In this document: positions 1 to 13,757 of the stretch, piece by piece | Layout of the letters: the number at the start of each line of letters is the position of its first letter | Position numbering within the stretch: position 1 is the stretch's first letter | Source of the DNA: the human T2T-CHM13v2.0 reference genome, Homo sapiens | Length of the DNA: 64,000 nt | Assembly: GCF_009914755.1 (NCBI RefSeq) | Contig: NC_060938.1 | Strand: one strand, 5' to 3' | The notes under the pieces: generated by a model | What the model saw: the letters and a program-made list of their open reading frames with translations, nothing else | Told to the model about the DNA's origin: nothing | The model's database searches: none | Translations under genes and position numbers: made by a program

Positions 1-124
1 TACCTCTTAAAATACATGTATCATTATTATTAATTTGTATGGTGCTTTGTTGTAAACATCTTTATTGTAATTCAGTGTATGTAATTTGTGATTAAGATTT
101 GTTCTTTTTCTCCCCTCTCTATAG

Positions 125-292
125 GAAGATGATCCCTATGATCTTGAAGATGTTTCTGCACAGAAATGAGGGAAATACAAAGAACCAAATACAGTTCTGA
201 AATTTGGGATCTGTATTTTGAGATGATTTTATTTTCAGAATGAGAAGCATATCTGGTTACCTTTATGAATGTAGAGACATGAGAAGAGAGTT
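125..292 (+). other. ARHGAP5: 5'UTR part of the large ARHGAP5 exon (exon 2)
   Basis: Polypyrimidine tract ttctttttctcccctctct followed by atag| (AG 123-124); 168 nt upstream of the ATG at 293. Confidence 0.88.
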
Positions 293-3200
293 ATGATGGC
301 AAAAAACAAAGAGCCTCGTCCCCCATCCTATACCATCAGTATAGTTGGACTCTCTGGGACTGAAAAAGACAAAGGTAACTGTGGAGTTGGAAAGTCTTGT
401 TTGTGCAATAGATTTGTACGCTCAAAAGCAGATGAATATTATCCAGAGCATACTTCTGTGCTTAGCACCATTGACTTTGGAGGACGAGTAGTAAACAATG
501 ATCACTTTTTGTACTGGGGTGACATAATACAAAATAGTGAAGATGGAGTAGAATGCAAAATTCATGTCATTGAACAAACAGAGTTCATTGATGACCAGAC
601 TTTCTTGCCTCATCGGAGTACGAATTTGCAACCATATATAAAACGTGCAGCTGCATCTAAATTGCAGTCAGCAGAAAAACTAATGTACATTTGCACTGAT
701 CAGCTAGGCTTAGAACAAGACTTTGAACAGAAGCAAATGCCTGAAGGGAAGCTCAACGTAGATGGATTTTTATTATGCATTGATGTAAGTCAAGGATGCA
801 ATAGGAAGTTTGATGATCAACTTAAATTTGTGAATAACCTTTTTGTCCAGTTATCAAAATCAAAAAAACCTGTAATAATAGCAGCAACTAAATGTGATGA
901 ATGCGTGGATCATTATCTTAGAGAAGTTCAGGCATTTGCTTCAAATAAAAAGAACCTTCTTGTAGTGGAAACATCAGCACGATTTAATGTCAACATTGAA
1001 ACATGTTTTACTGCACTGGTACAAATGTTGGATAAAACTCGTAGCAAGCCTAAAATTATTCCCTATTTGGATGCTTATAAAACACAGAGACAACTTGTTG
1101 TCACAGCAACAGATAAGTTTGAAAAACTTGTGCAGACTGTGAGAGATTATCATGCAACTTGGAAAACTGTTAGTAATAAATTAAAAAATCATCCTGATTA
1201 TGAAGAATACATCAACTTAGAGGGAACAAGAAAGGCCAGAAATACATTCTCAAAACATATAGAACAACTTAAACAGGAACATATAAGAAAAAGGAGAGAA
1301 GAGTATATAAATACTTTACCAAGAGCTTTTAACACTCTTTTGCCAAATCTAGAAGAGATTGAACATTTGAATTGGTCAGAAGCTTTGAAGTTAATGGAAA
1401 AGAGAGCAGATTTCCAGTTATGTTTTGTGGTGCTAGAAAAAACTCCTTGGGATGAAACTGACCATATAGACAAAATTAATGATAGGCGGATTCCATTTGA
1501 CCTCCTGAGCACTTTAGAAGCTGAAAAAGTCTATCAGAACCATGTACAGCATCTGATATCCGAGAAGAGGAGGGTGGAAATGAAGGAAAAATTCAAAAAG
1601 ACTTTGGAAAAAATTCAATTCATTTCACCAGGGCAGCCATGGGAGGAAGTTATGTGCTTTGTTATGGAGGATGAAGCCTACAAATATATCACTGAGGCTG
1701 ATAGCAAAGAGGTATATGGTAGGCATCAGCGAGAAATAGTTGAAAAAGCCAAAGAAGAGTTTCAAGAAATGCTTTTTGAGCATTCTGAACTTTTTTATGA
1801 TTTAGATCTTAATGCAACACCTAGTTCAGATAAAATGAGTGAAATTCATACAGTTCTGAGTGAAGAACCTAGATATAAAGCTTTACAGAAACTTGCACCT
1901 GATAGGGAATCCCTTCTACTTAAGCATATAGGATTTGTTTATCATCCCACTAAAGAAACATGTCTTAGTGGCCAAAATTGTACAGACATTAAAGTGGAGC
2001 AGTTACTTGCTAGTAGTCTTTTACAGTTGGATCATGGCCGCTTAAGATTATATCACGATAGTACCAATATAGATAAAGTTAACCTTTTTATTTTAGGGAA
2101 GGATGGCCTTGCCCAAGAACTAGCAAATGAGATAAGGACACAATCCACTGATGATGAGTATGCCTTAGATGGAAAAATTTATGAACTTGATCTTCGGCCG
2201 GTTGATGCCAAATCGCCTTACTTTTTGAGTCAGTTATGGACTGCCGCCTTTAAACCACATGGGTGCTTCTGTGTATTTAATTCCATTGAGTCATTGAGTT
2301 TTATTGGGGAATTTATTGGGAAAATAAGAACTGAAGCTTCTCAGATCAGAAAAGATAAATACATGGCTAATCTTCCATTTACATTAATTCTGGCTAATCA
2401 GAGAGATTCCATTAGTAAGAATCTACCAATTCTCAGGCACCAAGGGCAGCAGTTGGCAAACAAGTTGCAATGTCCTTTTGTAGATGTACCTGCTGGTACA
2501 TATCCTCGTAAATTTAATGAAACCCAAATAAAGCAAGCTCTCAGAGGAGTATTGGAATCAGTTAAACACAATTTGGATGTGGTGAGCCCAATTCCTGCCA
2601 ATAAGGACTTATCAGAAGCTGACTTGAGAATTGTCATGTGCGCCATGTGTGGAGATCCATTTAGTGTGGATCTTATTCTTTCACCCTTCCTTGATTCTCA
2701 TTCTTGCAGTGCTGCTCAAGCTGGACAGAATAATTCCCTAATGCTTGATAAAATCATTGGTGAAAAAAGGAGGCGAATACAGATCACAATATTATCATAC
2801 CACTCTTCAATTGGAGTAAGAAAAGATGAACTAGTTCATGGGTATATATTAGTTTACTCTGCAAAACGGAAAGCTTCGATGGGAATGCTTCGAGCATTTC
2901 TATCAGAAGTTCAAGACACCATTCCTGTACAGCTGGTGGCAGTTACTGACAGCCAAGCAGATTTTTTTGAAAATGAGGCTATCAAAGAGTTAATGACTGA
3001 AGGAGAACACATTGCAACTGAGATCACTGCTAAATTTACAGCACTGTATTCTTTATCTCAGTATCATCGGCAAACTGAGGTCTTTACTCTGTTTTTTAGT
3101 GATGTTCTAGAGAAAAAAAATATGATAGAAAATTCTTATTTGTCTGATAATACAAGGGAATCAACCCATCAAAGTGAAGATGTTTTTCTACCATCTCCCA

Positions 3201-4009
3201 GAGACTGTTTTCCCTATAATAACTACCCTGATTCAGATGATGACACAGAAGCACCACCTCCTTATAGTCCAATTGGGGATGATGTACAGTTGCTTCCAAC
3301 ACCTAGTGACCGTTCCAGATATAGATTAGATTTGGAAGGAAATGAGTATCCTATTCATAGTACCCCAAACTGTCATGACCATGAACGCAACCATAAAGTG
3401 CCTCCACCTATTAAACCTAAACCAGTTGTACCTAAGACAAATGTGAAAAAACTCGATCCAAACCTTTTAAAAACAATTGAAGCTGGTATTGGTAAAAATC
3501 CAAGAAAGCAGACTTCCCGGGTGCCTTTGGCACATCCTGAAGATATGGATCCTTCAGATAACTATGCGGAACCCATTGATACAATTTTCAAACAGAAGGG
3601 CTATTCTGATGAGATTTATGTTGTCCCAGATGATAGTCAAAATCGTATTAAAATTCGAAACTCATTTGTAAATAACACCCAAGGAGATGAAGAAAATGGG
3701 TTTTCTGATAGAACCTCAAAAAGTCATGGGGAACGGAGGCCTTCAAAATACAAATATAAATCTAAAACCTTGTTTAGTAAAGCCAAGTCATACTATAGAA
3801 GAACACATTCAGATGCCAGTGATGATGAGGCTTTCACCACTTCTAAAACAAAAAGAAAAGGAAGACATCGTGGAAGTGAAGAAGATCCACTTCTTTCTCC
3901 TGTTGAAACTTGGAAAGGTGGTATTGATAATCCTGCAATCACTTCTGACCAGGAGTTAGATGATAAGAAGATGAAGAAGAAAACCCACAAAGTGAAAGAA
4001 GATAAAAAG
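293..4009 (+). CDS. ARHGAP5: Rho GTPase-activating protein 5 (p190-B), first coding exon, codons 1-1239: N-terminal GTPase-like domain, FF domains, pseudo-GTPase middle domains, Tyr1091/Tyr1109 motifs, polybasic region
   Basis: 1239 uninterrupted codons MMAKNKEPRPPSY...GVGKS...TKCD...DNYAEP...EIYVVP recognisable as p190-B; ends at donor AAG|gtaagg (gt 4010-4011), phase 0. Confidence 0.98.
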
Positions 4010-5023
4010 GTAAGGTTAACTTAAGGTCAGTGATGTTTATAAAAATGCTTGTTGTTGCTTTTTTAAAATACTGACATCAGTGTTAGAATTTAGTCTCATT
4101 CATTCCATACATAATAATTAGTAGCCCTTTTTAATTTTCTGAGTATTCTGTGGGGATAAGTGATTTTTTGTTATTTTTGTGCTTTATTGGGGTAGAGTTT
4201 GATTTCATATTCTTCAGCATAAAAATTCTTGGTGAATGTGTTTTTTCTTTTTACAGAAACCCAGATATGAAGTGATTTTGTTCTTAATTTTTCCATTTGT
4301 AATCATCCTATTTTTCTGTTTTTCCCTTCTGCCCTACCAGTTTTGCGGTATTAATTTGACATACCTGTCTCACTCAAGGATATTAATAATACAATAAAAT
4401 TGTAACAGTTTACAGTCTTGGATATTTATTAACTTTTCCAGGAAGCTTCTTTGCAGATGGTGGTATACTACCTGAAGGTATACAGAAAGGTTTCTGAAAT
4501 TTGAATTGCAGAATTCTAAACAAATAGCAAGCATTCTTTCATCTTTTACATTTTCAGTAGGTATTAATCCATCTAATGGTATTAGGCATTTGAAACCTAA
4601 ATATGAATGCTGTTAAAGTTGTATTTAATAATTTTGACTTTTATTAGATATTTTTCACAGTGGTATTTTAGCAACTTCACTTCTAATACTGTTTGACACT
4701 TAATTGCACACAAACTTGTATTTAAGGATTTTATGGCTTAAGATAGCATTCAGTAGGCTTTTATGCTAATGTGTTGGTCATTTCTTCATAGGTTAAGTCC
4801 ATAATCTTGTAAATTATCAATATTTATTTTCTACAGCTGACTGCTGTTTATCATACCCAATTAAAGGTGTCGATATTTTGAGTAAGCTTATTCTAGGTAA
4901 TTTTCCTAAATATAGTAACTGCCCATTATAGTTGAATAGAATCTGCTTTATTTTCTAAGTTTAAGTTAAAGTATTACCTTTTTTTGTCGTTAGCAAATTT
5001 TCTGGAAAAGGCATGTAAACTTT

Positions 5024-5336
5024 GTTTTTTTTTTTTTTGTTTTTTTTTTTTTGAGATGGAGTTTCGCTCTTGTTTCCCAGGCTGGAGGGTAGTGGCGCAA
5101 TCTTGGCTCACCGCAGCCTCCGCCTCCCGGGTTCAAGCGATTCTCCTGCCTCAGCCTTCCTGAGTAGCTGGGATTACAAGCATGTGCCACCATGCCTGGC
5201 TAATTTTGTATTTTTAGTAGGATGGGGTTTCTCCATGTTGGTCAGACTGGTCTTGAACTCCTGACCTCAGATGATCCGAGGCCTGCCTTGGCCTCACAAA
5301 GTGCTGGGATTACAGGCGTGAGCCACCGCGCCCAGC
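5024..5336 (-). mobile_element. AluS (Sp/Sq-like)
   Basis: Full dimer, poly(T) tail, TSD tgtaaacttt (5014-5023 / 5337-5346). Confidence 0.93.
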
Positions 5337-5715
5337 TGTAAACTTTTAAAATAATACTGATCTAGACTTACAGCACATACTCAACTCATAACATGCTACT
5401 CTCTTGCATCTCTTCACACTTAACCTGTTATCACTAGTACCATTTTATCACTGACAAAAACTTTAATATTTTTCTCTTTATTGGTTTATATTACTAAAAC
5501 TACTTAATGTTTATTAAGAAAAAACACAGCCTTTCCATTTTTAAATTGCTTTTATTTTTGTGTTTTTTTTTCCATTTTTGTTCACAAGCCTAATTGCTTT
5601 GGTAACCTTTTATTTTGATGTAATTTCAATGAAAGTTGGAATAGTAAAAGGGGAATCCATATATCCTTTACCCATATTTGCCAATTATCTACATTTTGCC
5701 CCACTTGATGGAGCT

Positions 5716-5745
5716 GTGTGTGTGCGTGCGCACGTGTGTGTGTGT
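5716..5745. repeat. (TG)n/(CG) microsatellite
   Basis: tgtgtgtgtgcgtgcgcacgtgtgtgtgtg. Confidence 0.8.
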
Positions 5746-6004
5746 TTTCGTGTCTATTGGTTTGTTTTTTTTTTTAAGCCCTTTGAGATTAAGTTGGAGA
5801 TAGTGGACTCTTTTTGCTATTAAATATTTCATTGTGTATTTCCTAAGAACAGAAACATTCTCTTTAATAGCAGTAGTACAGTCATATTTTTCCATACTGC
5901 TGCATAGTCTTTCTAATTACAGTATTAGTATAATTTTGTATACTTTTAGTCAGGAGGCAGATTTAGGCATTCAGTTGTAAAGTGGTAGAGTTACAGAGAC
6001 CGTA

Positions 6005-7912
6005 TGAAAAGTAAAGGCTAAAAGCTGATTATTTGAAAAGACTAAAAAATAGAATAGACAAACCTCTGGTAATAGTGATGTGAGAAAAAAGGCATAAATA
6101 AGCACTGAATAAAAAGGAGAACATAATTACAGATAGATCAGATTAAAAGATAATAGAGAATACTATCAACAATTCCGTGCCACAAGTTTGAAAGTTTAAA
6201 CAAAATGAACAAAGTCCTGGAAAAATGTAATTTACCTAAACAAATATGCTTCAAATAATCCTGTAAATATTAAATAAATTGTGAAGTAGTAGTTAAATTT
6301 CCTACCAAGGAAATACTAGTTCCAGACAATTTTGCAGATTTTTCAAAAACAGATCATTCCAATGTTACATAAATTGTTTCAGAGAATAGAAGACAAGGGA
6401 ATACATTCTTAGGTTTATTCTCTAAGTCATCTATCTTTAATTCTAAAACCAGACAAGAATGGCTTAAAAAAGGAAAATTATAGTTCCATTTTACTTATGA
6501 GTATACGTGCCAAAGTCTTAAATACAGGTCTACAGACCCTTAACCTCAATTTTGAAATCGACTAACCTCTGAAAACCAAAGATTTAAGAACTTGGCAGCA
6601 CAACCTGATTTGGCCTATTCTCATTGATGGCAAAACCTGACTTGAATGGATGTAAGTCTGCTTACAATCATTGTTTAGAGTGAGTATCTGTACAGTTCAC
6701 TGTGAAAACATGAATGTGTTTGAATACTGGATGCTGACACTCAGTTTGCTAAGGTTGTTAAAAAATACCCAGTTTTTGCACCATGCATTATTACTAGTGA
6801 CTAGAAATGTTTGATTTCTGAAACATAGCTTATTCCAAGGGTTTTAAATAAGGGATTTTGGGGGATTTAATAGCAGAAAAACCTTGAACAGTATGTAAAA
6901 GGAAAATCATATCCATGTTGGATTTATATCAGATGTGCAAAGGGTGGCTTTTAATAGAAAAATCTGTACATGTAGTTTACCTCATCAACAAACTAAATGA
7001 GAAAAAATACTATAATGACAATAGATGCAGAAGAAAGACTTGATAAAATTTAACAATTCTTGGGAAAACTGCTAAATTAGGAACAGGTAAGAACTTTCTT
7101 GAAAACGTGTACACAGACAAGCAAAATTTATAATAAACATCATCTATCATCCTAAATGAGGAAATACATTCCCTTTTTAATCAAAAAGAAGGCAAATAAA
7201 ACATCACTTCTATTCAGTGTTATATGGAGATCCTACTCAGAGCAAAAGATAAGAAAAAGAAAAGCATGAGTGCTGGAAAGGAAGAAACAAAATTGTCACT
7301 ATTAGCTCATAATAATGAGTATCAATGTAAAGGCCAAAAAGGATTAGTATTACTAAAGTAGTATTTATCTACTGATAAATTATTAGAGTTAACAAAATAG
7401 TTTGATATAAGATCAGTAATCAAAAATAGGTTGCATTTCTATACATTACCAACAGAAAACTAGAGAAAGTAATTACAGAAGACACCATTTATAAAAACAT
7501 GACAGATTATCAAGTCCCCAGGAATAATTAATGTGTAACCTCTGTATTGGAAAAGTACAAAATGTTATTGAAAGACATTAAAAAGACCTAAATAAATGAC
7601 AGAGCTATTGCCTTCCTGTCCATGAATATGGCATATCATAGAGAAGTCACTGTTCTTCATACTGAGCTCTAGATTCAGTGTTGTTTCATTGGAAGTTTCA
7701 AAAGTTTTTAAGAAATTTCACATGCTGATTTGATAAATGGAAGAGTAAAGGGCTTATTAACAGAATAGCATGGACACTTCTGAAGAAGAAAGGCAGGGTG
7801 GAATGGTGGTAGTGTGTATGCTCATTCTATCATATAATATAAAACTTCAAGACAGTGTGTTACTGGCACACAGATAGGCATATCGACCAATATAATAGAG
7901 TCTGGAAACAAA
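6005..7912 (+). mobile_element. Ancient, highly decayed L1 (L1M/L1ME) ORF2 region, sense orientation
   Basis: A-rich ORF2-like phrases (tttgaaaagactaaaaaatagaatagacaaacctctg; aatagatgcagaagaaagacttgataaaattt; agacagtgtgttactggcaca); boundaries approximate. Confidence 0.75.
6525..6866. mobile_element. TcMar-Tigger-type MITE nested in the old L1
   Basis: Degenerate inverted ends (caggtctacagacccttaa ... aataagggattttgggg); L1-like sequence resumes afterwards. Confidence 0.5.
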
Positions 7913-8009
7913 CAGACCTCTGGTTTACTGCTGTCTCTCAAACATGTTAGCCACATGGGGCTATTGGACACTTGAAATGTGGCTAGTTTGAATTAGGATG
8001 CGCTAATCT

Positions 8010-9060
8010 AAATGGTGAGGAAAGGCCTTCTTGAAAAGTCATTTTTAGTCAGATCTGATAGCTAAATTGTTAACTGGGGGTTGGTGACATAGAATGGAGA
8101 ATATTTAATGCTGAATACATAGGATGTACATGTGGTGGGAGAGGAACAGTATGTTCTTAAAGGAGGTCAGTGTGTTCAGTCATTGATCTAGGGCAGACAT
8201 TGATAAACTTTCTGTAAAGGGCCTGATAGTAAATGTTTTAGGCTTTGAGGGTCATATAGTCTGTTGTACCTGGTCACATCTGTTATACTATGAAAGCAGC
8301 CATAGACCATATGTAAACCGATGAACATAGCCGTGTTCTAATAAACCATTTTCAAAAAAGGCAGCAGGCTGGATTTGGCCCCCAGGCCATATAATTTGCT
8401 GACTCTCTAGGGGAGAGAGTAGTATAAGGAGAGACGAGAATGCAGACCAGACTCTGAGACTAGTTACCAATGTTAGAGATTTTTGTTATTTAGCCTAAGA
8501 GTAATTTGAACATAGAGAGTGAATAGATTTCTTTCTTGTGATCACTCGGTTACAGTGTGAAGAATGGGTTGAGTGAGGGCTAGAGAGGCTGTGGAAGACC
8601 GTTTAGTATATTACAGTAATCTAAGCGAATCATGATGAAAACTTGGAGCAGCTGGAGTTGGGAGGGAGAGTGTTGGCGATGGAGAATGGAATGGATATGA
8701 GAGATACCTAAAACGCATAGGATGTGTTGCATATGGGGAGGTGAGGATAATGAATGAGATGGGAAAAATATCTCCTATGTTTCTAGCTTGTTCAGCTTCA
8801 TCAGTAATGTGCTGTTCATGATACAGAACATTAGAAATTTGCCAAGTTTGGAGTTGAGGAGTGGAAATTATAACAATTATAACTTTGGTTTTATAGTTCA
8901 AGTGGAGATGTCAATCAGGTAGGAAGTTACGGGTCATCGGCAGAAGTCTGAGTTGTAGATACATAGGAGACAGTGAACTAGAAATGGTAATAGATGAAAT
9001 CTCCTAGGGAGTGAATACAGACGATTGCTTAACACAGACCTTTGAGGATCTGTCAGTGTG
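8010..9060 (-). mobile_element. L2 fragments
   Basis: G/A-rich L2 antisense-like text (gaggaaaggccttcttgaaaag, gtggagatgtcaatcaggtagga). Confidence 0.6.
8194..8407 (+). mobile_element. MER58A (hAT-Charlie)
   Basis: aaactttctgtaaagggcctgatagtaaat...aaagcagccatagac...ggctggatttggccc. Confidence 0.85.
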
Positions 9061-9111
9061 GAATGGCCAACTATCAGAGATGGTCCTTAAAAACAGTAGA
9101 CAGAAAGAATA

Positions 9112-9244
9112 AACCACTTACCTTTCTTAGCTGGTTCCCTCACCTATAAATTAGGAATTATAATACTTCCCTTGGAGTTGTGGTAGAAATTAAAAATAAG
9201 TGTTTCAAGTGTCTGACAGAGCAGTGCTCAATAAATAGTATTAT
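9112..9244 (+). mobile_element. MIR
   Basis: ttccctcacctataaattaggaattataata...gtgctcaataaatagta. Confidence 0.7.
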
Positions 9245-9719
9245 AACGTACATCAGGCCTGAAATACCTCAATATACTCAGTCTGTATCTCAGAACGGTC
9301 CTCTGCCCATTTGCTGGATTAGTTTTCTTGACTCATTTTTAAGTTAAATACTCCTATAATTTTTCATTTTAAGTTTATGTGCTTTGCTTGAGCCATAGTT
9401 TAGGAATGTTTTCTCAGATTCCTTGATACCTGGAAAACCATAGCTTTTGGGCATTAATGGCATCTAAGGAAGATTCAGATATGTTTGTCTTAAACTGAGC
9501 TTCGTTGTCATTCTTACCAATCAGAAGCCTTTAGGTTTCGTTATCTTTTGTTTTATACCCAAATGAAGTTAGTGTTAGTTATGGTAACAAAACCTCTAAG
9601 ATGTTTTTGATTGTAACTGGCAATGAGAATTATTTTTTAAAATCATGACCCATTATATACACAAATATTTCTACATAATTGAAATGCAATTTCACAAAAG
9701 AATACTTAACTTTATTGTA

Positions 9720-10342
9720 CATTGTGCCCTCTGTATCCGTGAGTTTCACATCCACAGATTCCACAAACTGCAGATTGAAAATACTCAGGAAAGAAACTAC
9801 CAAAAATAACAATACAATAACAAAAATGGATATTTATTTATGAGATGTAATCTTGCTGTGTTGCCCAGGCTGGAGTGCAGTGGTACCATCGAGCTCACTG
9901 CAGTCTCAGACCCCTGGGTTCAAGTGATCTTCTCGCCTCAGCCTCCTGAGTAGCCAGGACTACAGGTATTAGCCACCATGCCTAGCTAATTTTTTGTTGT
10001 CATAGAGATGGGGGTCTCACTATGTTGCCCAGGCTGATCTCAAACTCCTGGCCTCAAGCCGTCCTCTACCTTGGCCTCCTAAAGTACTAGGACTACGTGT
10101 GTGTGCCACCATGCCTGGCTTGATAATACAAATTTAAAAAACAGCGTAGCAACTGTTTACACAGCATTTACACTGTTTTAGGTTATTATAAGTAATGTAG
10201 AGATGATTTAGGTATATGGAAGGATATGCATAGATTATATGCAAATACTATACCATTTTATATAAGGGACTTCAGTGTCCTCGGATTTTAGTGTCCACAG
10301 AGGTCTTGAAAGCAATGCCCTTCAGATGCTGTGGGACAACTG
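9720..10342 (+). mobile_element. Tigger3a/MER7-type DNA transposon, split by an AluJ
   Basis: TA-flanked ends; agcatttacactgttttaggttattataagtaat...tatatgcaaatactataccattttatataagggact. Confidence 0.85.
9832..10119 (-). mobile_element. AluJ
   Basis: Diverged dimer, ggtctcactatgttgcccaggctg. Confidence 0.88.
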
Positions 10343-11311
10343 TATATGTTATTTTGATTTTCTAGTCTATTACAGTGAAAAAAGAAGTACTTTTTTACTT
10401 CTTAAAATCTGAATTAATTTAGTAACCTACTAGTGTTTGAAAAGCAGCCCTTTAAGAGAACTGCTTGAAATTTCCTGAGAAAATCTGAGTTGTATTATTA
10501 TTAATAAAATTGCCAGTTTTGAACACATTCAAGGAGTGTGTTAAACACGTGTGTTTAAGTTGGTTTGATCTTTCTTCAGTATCTATTTTGTCTATTTTAT
10601 TTTTAGCTTGATTAAGATAAATAGTAAAATACTTGGTGAATTTTATGGTGTATTAGTATAAGCTGGTATTCAGATGATTTTTTATTTTTAACTTCTTTTT
10701 AAATTGTTTTCCTGTCTTATTCCAGGCCCTGAATATTTTCCTCCTCTTTATATTAGCAATTACCAACTTGTATTCCTTCTAATCAGTGTTTTTTCTTTGT
10801 ATTTTACTGCTCCCTTCTTATCTAAATCCACCATCAATTAGTGTCTTAAAAGATTTTGCTGCTTTAGCCACTGTAATGGGGTTTGGAGACTGGCAGAAGA
10901 ATAAAACCAAAATAAGTATGTTTTAGATAAATGTTAATATGTATATATTGAGTCACAAGGTATTAATCTGATATTAGCAAATCATGACTTCATACCATGC
11001 CATTATATTAATATAGTAAATCTTAGGTTTAGCATTGACTTCTGATTTCTAGAACCTCACTCTATCTGTAAATTGTTCATTCCAGTTATAAAAGTAATGA
11101 AGTATATGAAAATGTTTCTGTTGTCATTTGTCTATATCAGAATGCATAAGTTATGAGAAAAGCGTGCTTTTTGTTTTTTAGTGTGTATCATTTAACCTCT
11201 TGACAGTCATTAGGTTGACAGTGTTCACATCTGAGAGAACCTGATTTAGGTTCTTGAAAGAATTTTGTGAAGGCCAAAAAAAAAAAAAAACTGGGTGTAA
11301 AAAGCTTACTA

Positions 11312-11742
<431 letters not shown>

Positions 11743-12003
11743 CTATTTTCTGTACCTTGCTTAATTTCTTCAGAGTTGATGTGGAATATTCATTTTATCC
11801 ATTGTTACCTTGAAAACATCCCCTTAGGGGAGAAAGTGAGAGTCACCTTTGTACAGGAAGTGTGTTCAAAAGAATGAGAAAGGTTTTTTTCTAGACCCTT
11901 CAACCAGCATCTTTTCTAGTCTGCCTTGAGTTAGGTCCTGCACCTGTTCCTAACCAATACAGTCTGTCCAGGGTAGTAGAATTATCCAACTGAATTTAGG
12001 TCT

Positions 12004-12187
12004 GACCAGCCTGGGCAACATAGTGAGACACCATCCCTACAAAAATGTAAAATCTCAGCTGGGCATAGTGATGAGCCCCGAAGGATCACTTGAACCCAAG
12101 AGTTTGAGATTGCAGTGAACTGTGACTGCACCACTGCATTCTGGTCTGTGCAACAGAGCGAGACCCTGTCTCGAAAACAAAGAAAAA
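12004..12187 (+). mobile_element. 5'-truncated, internally deleted AluJ
   Basis: gaccagcctgggcaacatagtgagac...gcaacagagcgagaccctgtctc; flanks tgaatttaggt/tgagtttaggt. Confidence 0.8.
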
Positions 12188-13594
12188 TGAGTTTAGGTTT
12201 TAGTCTTTATCCTGAGAGCTCTGAGTGAAATTGGCTTTCTGTGAAATTAAGATAATTTCTAAGATAGGAAAACCACAATGTCTACTGCAGGCAAGATTTG
12301 TATCTTGTTTATAGTTGATCTCCATGGCCTAGCACAGTACTCTGTGTCATAGTGTGATCAGTTGAAGTCAGCATAAATGTATGGCCTTTGTTTTTGTAAA
12401 AGAACTGTTCATGTGTTTAACTACAATTTATTTTGACTCAGGAAAACTCATTTTATTCAACAAGCATTTTGGTAAATGCCTACTGTGCCTGAACACTGTT
12501 AGAAACTAATATGGGGATGACTTGGTCATTCATTGGCTCTGCTTTCAAGAAATTCAGTCTAATAAAATTGATTTTGCTGAAAATTAAATATGTTTTATAT
12601 TTTCAACAAGTTTAGCCAGACTTCTGGTTCTTTCTCATATTTCATCTCATCTGGAAAGAATTTACTTAGGCTTTCTTCAGTACCATTTCTATTGCTTTCT
12701 TCCTGGGTAACTGGCTAAATTGATCTACCTGGTTAACTAGATCTGTGATGTTTCTATAATTTCTCATAAAGTTAAAATTTGTTTCTTCAGCATTTTTGGT
12801 GCTGGCTACACCAATTTATGATAACATAAGTGTGGATATGTAGTGCAAGTATTTCTGGCAGTATTTTACTATTTGCCATTTCTTTGAATTCTGTGTTGTC
12901 CATTTGATCATGATTTATTGCTTTTCAAATTCAGATTGAAATGTAATTAGATGGTTAATTTTTAAAGTATATTTCTGATTTATATATTTTGTTAAGACTT
13001 AATTGGAAAGATTATGTCAGTGGCATACATTTTCGCTAATTTAAATTTGGCTTTCTATACAAACTTTTTCTTAGTGTTTATAGCAGCGTACTGAATATTT
13101 TGTAAAAGCATAGTACAGATTATTGAAGTTACTCATTTCTGCAGCAGATTAATAGTAAATGTTAAGTATGTGTCAAGGAGGCACTTCTGTAACATAGATA
13201 ATTGTGTTCTTATGTTAATGGACAGTTGTTACTATTGCAAGACTATAGGTAAATTTATAGGTTTGCCAATTTATGTACACCAAAATTTTGTATACTACAA
13301 ATTGTGTCAATCCTAGGAGAGGTTTTTTACAGTAGATGCAGTGTTATGATTTCTTGCTCTGTAATGTTTTCCTGTCATCTCAGCTAAAGTGTGGATGGAG
13401 TACTCAAGTAAATAGGGCTTAATCTGTGACTTTTAAAGAAGAGAAACCCCAGAGCATAGGAGGGTTGCTTTTTAAAAATAGTAGTAATTTTTGATGTTTA
13501 GAATCCTTACAACAAAATATAAGGATATGACAAAAGAGATCTTATGATTGTATCGTAGTCAAAATAAAGGGTACAACTTGCATACATTGTATAA

Positions 13595-13757
13595 CAATTG
13601 TTTTGAACTTTTTGGAAATTGTTCTTAGCCTTTGAAAATCTGAGTCAAGGTTTGGGTATTTTCCCTAGAAAAATGCACATGCACAAAATTTTACTGGAGT
13701 TTTAACGGTTTCAAATACTTTCTAAAGGCCTGTGGATCCCAGTTTAAGAAACTCCTT
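13595..13757 (+). mobile_element. hAT-Charlie MITE (MER117-like)
   Basis: cctttgaaaatctga...ctagaaaaatgcacatgcacaaaatttt...ggatcccagtttaagaaactcc. Confidence 0.55.

Noticed and set aside
422-3990. Antisense and alternative-frame ORFs overlapping the large exon
   Set aside because: Short shadow ORFs with no recognisable homology or independent signals
293-4024. 1243-aa ORF taken as a complete single-exon gene
   Set aside because: A strong donor at 4010 and four downstream in-frame RhoGAP exons show that VRLT-stop is intron read-through
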